Assembly: GCF_001194135.2 (NCBI RefSeq)
Contig: NC_068990.1
Location: 911,772-975,771, forward strand
DNA length: 64,000 bases
Reading direction: 5' to 3'
DNA from: Octopus bimaculoides
Taxonomy: Eukaryota
Below the pieces are notes generated by a model. It was not told the DNA's origin. It did not search any database and saw only the letters and a program-made list of their open reading frames with translations. The stretch's first letter is position 1; the number at the start of each line of letters is the position of its first letter. This document shows, piece by piece, positions 1 to 64,000 of this stretch. A program made the translations under genes and the position numbers.

Positions 1-803
1 TTAAACATTTTGCTCAGCTTGTTAACGATTCTGCCAGCTTACTGCCTTTGTGGTATTCAGCAATATTGGGACAACAAAAACAACAGCAGCAACAACAACA
101 ACAAAACAGCCACCACTGCAACTGTTGCCATCACCACTCCTACTGCTGCTACCCCTGCCACTGCTGCTACCATGAAAACATATCTGGCCATGGGGAAATA
201 TCATCTTGCTTGGAAACAGGTGAGGGTTGATGACAAAAAGGGCATCCAACCGGTGAAATAATCTGCCTCGACTAATTCCATTTGAGCCATGTGGGCATGG
301 GAAAGTGGACGTTAAAATGATGGTGGTATATATATACAACAAGCATCTTTCATTTTTGATCCACCAAATCTACTCACAAGGCTTTGGTAGACCCAAGGTT
401 ATAGTAGAAGACAGTTACTCAAGGCACCACATAGTGGGATGGAACCCGAAACCATGTGGCTGGGAAGCAAACTTCTTAGCCAGGAAGTGCAATAATAAAA
501 GTTAGAGGCCCAAATACCATCAAATATTGCATTTGATGCAGACCCCTCCCGCCAGTGAAACGACAAGAAAACCAAACGAGTTTTTAATTTACACATCTTC
601 ATGGCTCATAGCAATTTTTATAAAGGCCACATTGTTGAACAACAAAGAGCCTGTATACAAGAATCTATGAACGTAATTAAAAAAAAAAAGGAAAATTTAG
701 ATAAAACAATAGAAAAGGAAATTTCAAAGTAAATAGAATGTTGTTTACACAAGTATGTATCAACATCCACACGACTATGCAAGAGAGCTGATATCTGGGA
801 GTT

Positions 804-806
<3 letters not shown>

Positions 807-869
<63 letters not shown>

Positions 870-1033
870 NNNNNNNNNNNNNNNNNNNNNNNNNNNNNNN
901 NNNNNNNNNNNNNNNNNNNNNNNNNNNNNNNNNNNNNNNNNNNNNNNNNNNNNNNNNNNNNNNNNNNNNNNNNNNNNNNNNNNNNNNNNNNNNNNNNNNN
1001 NNNNNNNNNNNNNNNNNNNNNNNNNNNNNNNNN

Positions 1034-1076
<43 letters not shown>

Positions 1077-1092
1077 TCATCATCATCATTTA
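807..1092. repeat. (GT)n / N-gap / (TA)n / (CAT)n microsatellite block, typical of many in the window
   Basis: Direct reading; gap at 870-1033. Confidence 0.95.
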
Positions 1093-3136
1093 ATGTCCAT
1101 CTTCTATGCATGCATGGGTAGGACAGATGACAGGAACTGGCCAGGTAGAAAAACCACCTTAGGCTACTGTATCTGTTTTAGCAGGGATTTCACAGCTGGA
1201 TGCCCTTCCGAATGCCAACTAGATTAAAGTGTAGACTGGAAGCTTTTAACGTGGCCCCCATCACCGACAGGATAACCAAGTAACTTGCAAGACAAGGAAG
1301 TATGAGAGGGGTAGGAGCATTTGAGGAGGGGAACTTGTGATAGAGGATGAAAGGTTAGAGTGTGACAAAGAGACAGAGATACAGAAGCAGGTGTCTTGCC
1401 CCAACAGAGGGGACATTAAAGGAAGTGATCCAGTATCAGATGATGAAAGGTTAAATTGTAACAGAGAAACAGAGAGGCAGAAATAGGTGTCTTGCTATAG
1501 AGGAAGTACATGGTTACCAAGTAATAGAGGGAAAGAAAGAAAGAGGGTCAGAGAAAGGTACAAGAAAGGGTATGTTGATGTAGAATTTGGTGTAGAAATC
1601 AATATACACAAGATCCAGAACACGATGTTATGAGAATAAAGTGGTAAGAGCAACAAAGAGATGACACCGGAAAAACCAAAGACACATATCCATCCATCCA
1701 TCCATCCATCCATCCATTTATCTATCTATCTATGTATATACACACACACATTATGGGCTTCTTTCAGTTTCTGCCTACCAAATCTACTCACAAGACACTT
1801 GCCCATGGTGCCATGCAGTGGGACCAAACCAGGAACGATGTGATTAGAAAGTAAGCTTCTTACCATGCAACCATTCCTGTACCTATTCCATAATTAATAA
1901 AAAAAGAAAAAACATGAATTCTTAGGAGTAAGTTATAGACTACGTATGGGGGTGGGGCCTTATAACCCAGGGTTACTGCAAAGCGGAAGGCAGTGAGCAG
2001 GCAGAATCCTCAGCAGGTCAGACAAACCGCTTAGCAGCATTTCTTCTGACTCATTGCATTCTAAGTCCAAAATCAACTGCGGTTGACTTTGTTTTACATC
2101 TGTTTGGAGGGGTTGATCAAATAAGTACCAGTTGAGCACTGAAGCTCATGCAATCAACTTCCACGTCCCTTAAAAATTGCTGGCCTTGTGCCAAAATATG
2201 GAAGAATTTAAGGTAGTGAACTGGCAGAATTGTTAGCGCACTGGACAGAAAGAATGCTTAACAACATTTCATCAGGCTTTGTGCTCTGAGTTTAAATTCT
2301 GCTGAGGTTAGCTCCACTTTTCATCCTTTCAGGGTCGATGAATTAAGTACCAGTTGAGTACTCGGGTTGACGTAATCGATTAACCTCCTCCCACAAAATT
2401 TCAGGCCTTATGCCTGGATTATTGCAAAATAGAAGTGAATGGCAAAGGCACAGAATATTTGCAATGCAGAAGCAAAACTTTAAAAGGAAAACAATTGAAA
2501 TTTTTTTCCATAAAAATAATCAGATCAACCTCCAACACAACAACAAAAACAACATTGTCATCCCTAGCCCTGCTGTTGGCATTGTCATCACCATCATCCT
2601 CATCACCGTCATCGCCACTTTCATCAGTTATCATCATCACCATCACAGCTGCTGCTATTATCGTCTTTGACATCACCACCACCATATCATCATCATCATC
2701 ATCAATGCTTGTACTGACATCATCTTCATGACCATCATCCTTGTTATAGTCACCATTATCCACTCCTCATCATACTATTTTTCTAAAGAATTATCTATTT
2801 TTCAGAAGAATGTTGCTTTTATTTGTTATTTTTTTTTAACTTTGTTTTTCTTTTTTCTTCTTTATTCTTCATCCATTTTAACATTATTAACACAGAAGAA
2901 CTTTGCTCGTTTTTCTTCTTTTTTTTTATTGTGCCATGCTGGCTCTTTTATTCATCCATGTAACAGGAAAACTGGTTTTACTTCTTATGTTTTTCAAACA
3001 ATCATTAGCACCACCATCACCACCGATACTGCTGTTGCTGCCACCACCACCCACAATGACACCAACATCACCACCACCATCATCATCATTGTCAAAAACA
3101 GCAACAAGTGAAAATAATAATGGGTTAGTAACTCAC

Positions 3137-58350
<55,214 letters not shown>

Positions 58351-58526
58351 CTGCAGGATAATAGAAAAAATTCACATATATTTTAAAAGTATGAATACAC
58401 ATCCAAATGTATACACAGTTGCACACTCATGACACAAATATATATACACACACACACACACATATATATATTACCCATACCACCATGGACAACAGATGTT
58501 AAATGATGATAATGATGATACATATG

Positions 58527-59300
58527 CAGGGTATTAGAGCTAAATTTGATGATTTGATGTACTGGTGAACTGTCAATGGTGTTGGAGAGCATAAAGACAA
58601 AAGTTATCTGACGCAGAGGTTTGGAAGAGACATCTGTATTTTGGAAAAGAGTTACTTGTGTCATGATGATTTGTGCGAGATATCAAAATACCAATATCAT
58701 CAATGCTGCTCTGTGAACACTGTAAAGGCTGTAAGAATATGTCATGGACAGCTGCAACAGCAACTATGAAGCTTTGGCCAGAAAGAAGGCATACAGCAGG
58801 CATTCTGGAAATCATCTGACAACTGATGAACAGGGCCTCAGGCTTAATTCAGACGGTTATGTGAAGCTGGTGGAGACTGTGGTCAAACCTGGGCAGAAGA
58901 GGGCTGCTGGTGGAAGGCACTATATGTGACAGTAAGAGCCGGATTCAGCTCTTTGCAATTACCTCTGGAAAGAATCACAAATGGTTGTTGGGGAATTTCT
59001 ACAACTTCACCAGTTCCAATTTCTGAGCTCCTAATTCCCTCAGCTGTAATCCCATGGATTACCAAGTATGGGGCTCTGTTGAGAAAGACACTAAGACTAA
59101 GCTGGAGGCCAAGATCAAGGACATGTTCAAAGACATTCGAAGGGACACAGTGAGGAACATATGCACCAGGTTCAGGAGCCGTTTTGAGGCCATGGGAGAA
59201 ACTGAGAGCAACTCCTTTCAGTAAATTGTTATCTTCCAGCCATAATTTAGTTGGTATTTTTTGATTTTTTAAGACTTTTATTTTTGGATGAGATATTGTA
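58527..59300 (+). mobile_element. Deleted and degenerate Tc1/mariner-superfamily transposon (maT/DD37D-like)
   Basis: QGLRLNSDGYVKLVETVVKP...AGGRHY; F*APNSLSCNPMDYQVWGSVE; KLEAKIKDMF...TVRNICTRFRSRFEA. Confidence 0.75.
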
Positions 59301-59306
59301 TTTTGA

Positions 59307-59718
59307 TAGTTATCGCCAAGCTAGCATGGCAGTCCAGAAAAATAGGACGAATGCTGCCGTTGATTAGCTCCAAGAGGCCATCGCCTCTAGCTAGCTGTGT
59401 GACACACAAACCTGTGTCCATTATAACCTTTGAACAGGGGAGGTCAGCCGCTTCCCCTTGCTGGTCTGGCATCTACAGACTAGTTTCGGGTTATTTGCCC
59501 CTTATCAATGTAGAGCAGCCAAACCAGGCAGGCGTCACTACCAACCGTCTGTTCGAAGGATTATTTACCTAAATTCAGTGGAATACATCCACTGGTTTTC
59601 AAAATGGACACAGGTTCGTGTGTCACATAGCTAGCTAGAGGCGATGGCCTCTTGGAACTAATCAGCGGCAGCATTTGTCCTATTTTCCTGGACTGCCATG
59701 TTAGCTTGGCAATAACTA
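59307..59718. mobile_element. MITE/foldback element with about 115-bp terminal inverted repeats and a probable TA target duplication
   Basis: tagttatcgccaagctagcatggcagtccag...gtgtccatt (from 59307) is the near-perfect reverse complement of aatggacacagg...cttggcaataacta (ending 59718). Confidence 0.9.
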
Positions 59719-59839
59719 TTAATTTCCAGTACCACTGCCATAGTCTCCTTTAGAGAGACTTAGAAATATTAATATTTCTATTTTTGAAACAGGAGGAGAC
59801 TTTGAGAACAGAAGGATTAATAACAAATAGCTAACAGAA

Positions 59840-60610
59840 TAAGGAAATTAGATGTGAGGAATACTGGCAGTGACTGAAAGATAAAAAACTGAAACAAGAA
59901 AAGGAATCATTGATTATAGCTGCTCAGGTGCATGGCAGTCATATAAATTTGGAAAAAGCAAAGTTTGATAAAACTCAGAGAGCAAACGCAAAATCTGAGG
60001 AAAAGGAGATGAAACTATTTAACTAACTCTGAGTGAAAGCAGAAGGCTAGCGCAAAAAAGTGTATAAGGACAGGCATGAGTGTATTGGTAAAAGTGTGCA
60101 GTGGGATGTTAGCTGAGTGAGTGGATTTCAAGAGTAAGAACATGAGCCAGAGGGTATTATGGTAAGTAATAATTACAGGACTTTATGGGACTTCTCAATA
60201 AAGACTGACCATACAAGTGAAGCAAGAAGATCAGACATAAATGAAAAAGAAAAAAAAAAACAAGCAATGTAAGATCACAGACTTTGAAATGCCACAGAGT
60301 GGATATTAAAGAGGCTGAGAAACATCAGAACCTAGCCATAGAAATGAAGAGATTGTGAAAGATGAAGGTGATAATTGTTCTTGTGGTAATTGGTCAATCT
60401 GGCAAAACACCCAAAATGCTACCCAAGAGATGGAATTATTGGAATTGTGATACACAGTGTTGATTTGCAGAAAAATGTCATCTTTGTAAGAATCCTAAGA
60501 AAGATTCTTGAGATTTGAGCAGACTTGTTGTCACCAAACCTCAAGACAATCTCCCTGCTAACTAAAGTAGCATGTAATAGCTTTATAACAACAACAACAA
60601 CCACAATAAC
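59840..60610 (+). mobile_element. R4/Dong-clade (RLE-type) non-LTR retrotransposon 3' remnant
   Basis: Disrupted translation LKQEKESLIIAAQ...YKDRHE...LWDFSIKTDHTSEARRSDI...EAEKHQNLAIEMKRL*KMKVIIVLVVIG...RILRKILEI* (stop at 60516-60518), followed by an (AAC)n tail. Confidence 0.82.
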
Positions 60611-62119
60611 AGTAGTTTCAAATTTCAGCACAAGGCCAGTAATTTTAGGAGGAAGGAGTCAACCAGTTAACCAAGCCCCAGAATTGAACTGGTACTTATT
60701 TTATTGATCCCAAAGGGATGAAAGGTAAAATCAATCTTGACAGAATTTGAATTTAGAACGTAAAGCCAGAACAAATGTTGCTAAGCATTTTGTCAAGTGC
60801 ATTAATGATTCTGCCAGCTCTACTATCTTTGTGATTAGAGAATGGTAAACAGCTCCAGTATAAAAGAATTAATAGTAATTGTTTTTGATATGGAAATTAC
60901 GAAAAATGGGAGAAGGAGAGAAAGAAAAGAAGTGACGAAGAAAGACTGCATGTGTGTCTGTGTGATTGAGAAAATTTGGATAAGTGTTCATGTGAGAGAG
61001 TGAGAAAGAAAGTGATAAAGATGTGTGTGTGTGTGTGTGACAAACAAAAGCTGTATACGTGTGAGAAAGAGAGAGAAAGACAAGCACAAGTTCTGTGCAT
61101 ATGAGAAAAGAGCGAGGGGGAGAGGGAGGGAGAGAGAAATGGAAGTGCTGTGTATGTATATGCATGAAAGAGACAGAAAGAGAAAGAGAGGGGAGAGATT
61201 GGGAAAAAGTGAGAGAGAGAGAGAGGAAAGAATTCTGTGTGCATCAGTAAAACAGAAAGAAAGAGAAATATTATTGAAACAAAGACATATTGACTTATTT
61301 CAATATCTTTTGGATATTGTAGTAAACAATGATGATTGGCATCAAATTTCTATACTGCTTTCCTCCGCAACCTTTTTTTCCTCAACATCCTCTTCCTTAG
61401 GCAACATGCACACACACATCAAAGGTTGGCTCCAGATAAAAGATAACGTCCACATATATATGTATACAGGTAAAACTTCTTTTGTGAAACTAGTTCATGC
61501 CAAAACATGGCTAGAACAAGAGACAGAGAAAAATGAATAAACGAATAAGAAGAAACAGATGAAACAAAAAACAAAAAAAGAGCAAGATGCAAGAACTAAG
61601 CATAGACAAAAATAGAAAAATTAAAAGAGAAATAAAGAAATATATATATATATATTTACAAAAACCCACAAAAATGAGCAGACTTTGGTAAATATGGATT
61701 TTGCAAATGTTAGCAAATAGCAAGATTTATAATTGTTCTTGTAGAACAATGCAAGAAACAAAATTAAAAGAGAATGAAGAGAGGGGTGGACAAATAAAAG
61801 AAAATGAAAATGAAAATAAAAATAGAATTTTTAATAAAATATAAATCATTGGGTACAGAATTAATAGTCTTGTTTTGAGTTTCTATCTGAGGTAAGTTTT
61901 GATCAGAATATTTTCAAATAATTAATACAGTACCTATCCTTCTATATATAAAAACACACAAATACAGGGTGGCTGAAAAGTCTTGAAGGCGTTGATAATT
62001 CCTTTATGTTATGTTTTAAATTTATAATATCTTAGCATTATATACAATGTGTGTGTGCATGCGTGCGTGTTGTCAGTATCATGTGAACGGCACACGTGAA
62101 ATTGTAATTGTGGTCATTG

Positions 62120-62473
62120 CCTGTAGCATGACCTTTGAATGTCGGGCCTCATGGAGGCGATGACAAGTGACTGAGACCTTTTGCGATATGCTGCGCATGA
62201 GAAGATTCATGAAATTGTAGTCATAGCTGCTGCCAGTGTCCTGTAAATGGCACCCGTGAAATTGTAGTCGTGGCCATTGCTGGTGTTATGTAAATGGCAC
62301 ATAAAAAGCACCCGTTACACTCTTGGAGTGGTTGGCATTAGGAAGGGCACCCAGCCATAGAAACCATGCCTAATCAGACTGGAACCTGGTGCAGCCCTCC
62401 GACTTACCTGTTCCAGTCAAACTGTTTAACCTATGCCAACATGGAAAGCAGACATATGATGATGATGATGATG
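62120..62473 (+). mobile_element. RTE LINE 3' end with (ATG)n tail, representative of at least 15 short 3' fragments in the window
   Basis: HDL*MSGLMEAMTSD..., then ggttggcattaggaagggcacccagcc...acctatgccaacatggaaagcagac(atg)n. Other copies at about 200-330, 1075-1225, 5060-5285, 6700-6840, 24270-24620, 44170-44350, 49585-49745, 55234-55580. Confidence 0.78.
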
Positions 62474-63939
62474 AGTGTGTGTGTGTGCATGTGTGTAAGT
62501 GTATATGTACATGTGTACGTTATGTGTGTGCTTGTGCTTCCGTTTTGACAGAACATGTTAATTGTAAACAAGCATCACCATCATACAAGCAGTTCCATTC
62601 ATTTCCAATCTTCTATAAAAACATCTCTAGCAATGGGGAAATATTACCTTGCTTGGAAAAGGCAAAGACCGGCAACAGGAAGGGCATCTGGCCATAGAAA
62701 ATTTGCCTCAACAAATCCCATGTAACACAGAAAAGGGGACATTAAACAATGACAATAATAATGATTATGATGATGATGATTTTAATGTCAACTTTTCCAT
62801 GCTTGCAAAGGATCAAATAAAATTTGCTGAGGCACATTTATTTTCAATGGCTGCATGCTTTCTTGTCACTACCCACATCATAATTATTACTACATGTGAA
62901 GGTATTTTTTGACATCCCTCTCCACACCATTATATGTACATAGGGTAAAGGGTAAAGACCCCCTTTGGTCATAAATGATCATGGGATTGCACCTTGAAAG
63001 TTCCCCTCCAAGGCACAAGTCCAGACAGGACTGTTTATGGAAAACCAGAAGTCACTCATGCATACCAACCTCCCCTCTATATGCCATTACACGTACATAG
63101 GGTAAAGAGTAAAGACCCCCTTCAGTCATGAATGACTAAGGGATCACACCTAGAAAGTTCTCCTCTGAGGAACAAGTCTGGGCACGGTCGTTAGTGGAAG
63201 ACCAGCTGTTGCCCATGCATACCAGTCTCTCCTCTCCACACCACTGATGTTATCCAAGGGAAAGGCAAGGGGGCCGATACAGCTCGACACCAGTGACATC
63301 ACAACTCATTTCCACAGCTGAGTGAACTGGAGCAATGTGAAATAAAGTGTCTTGCTCAAGAACATGACAGACAGCTCAGTCCAGGAATCAAACTCACTAC
63401 CTCATGATTGTGAGCCTGATGCACTAACCACTTAGCCATGCACCTTCACATGTAGCATTTATAGAAATGAAATGAAATATACTTTGACTGGTAAACTGAA
63501 AGAACAGTGACATACATGAGTGTGGGCTGGGGGGTAAAGCTCGTGCTTACAATTAGTTCCAACCAATATGGCTCTTGTAATTTGTCAAAGCATACAACAG
63601 AAGCACTAAGACACATCAGCAACACTAAGAAAACATTCATTCACTAACACACAAACACACACAAACACACATACCAAGAACATTTTCTCTGAAGGAACAC
63701 AAGAAATGTCAAACCTAAAAATATTCAATGAACCAAATAGTGTACAATCCATTTCTGAAGACTTACTGCACTCTCATTCTGTTTACCGCTATCACCACCA
63801 CCAATACCACCAACTCTATCACCACCACCACCCCATCACCACAATATATCAAATTCCAGTGTCCAAGAATTATTTTCACAGTAGCACCCTTGACACAAGT
63901 GTCATGTAACAATATCAAATTCTATCATACCATATATAT

Positions 63940-64000
<61 letters not shown>

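Noticed and set aside
1-3136. IFT88 exons after AFQYYFD
   Set aside because: No SYRYFP/WLGAYY-like sequence seen; presumed beyond the window start.
58351-64000. IFT88 first coding exon (DDLYSGYNDY-like)
   Set aside because: Searched by eye and not found. The GTAAGT near 63766 has no matching open exon, so the exon is presumed beyond the window end.

Overview
This is eukaryotic, AT-rich, repeat-dense genomic scaffold with about 10 N-gaps. The SINE/LINE/microsatellite landscape looks like an octopus (coleoid cephalopod) genome; that assignment is pattern recognition, not proven. One gene explains the window: IFT88 (intraflagellar transport protein 88, TPR protein) on the minus strand. I reconstructed 17 internal coding exons between 58350 and 3137. 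They total 1767 nt (589 codons), have GT-AG boundaries and consistent splice phases, and contain no stops. The first coding exon(s) and the 3' exons were not found and presumably lie outside the window. Sixteen of the 17 donors seen are ordinary U2-type. The intron at 4534-9511 has a minor-spliceosome (U12) donor (GTATCCTTT) and a U12-like branch point. That intron also holds a 45-bp hairpin whose loop displays ATATCCTT, two more ATATCCTT copies nearby, a long inverted-repeat pair and a CpG-decayed 28S rRNA fragment. The other introns are filled with tRNA-derived SINEs, RTE LINE 3' ends, an R4/Dong-like remnant, an internally deleted Ty3/gypsy element, and mariner and maT remnants. They also carry hAT-, piggyBac- and Tc1/mariner-type MITEs, Helentron-like elements, Penelope-type hammerhead remnants and a Helitron helicase tail fused to a 1.4-kb partly inverted minisatellite rich in STAT/NF-kB/HSE-like motifs. 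Almost all ORFs in the supplied track are microsatellite or repeat noise. There is no CRISPR or prokaryotic system.
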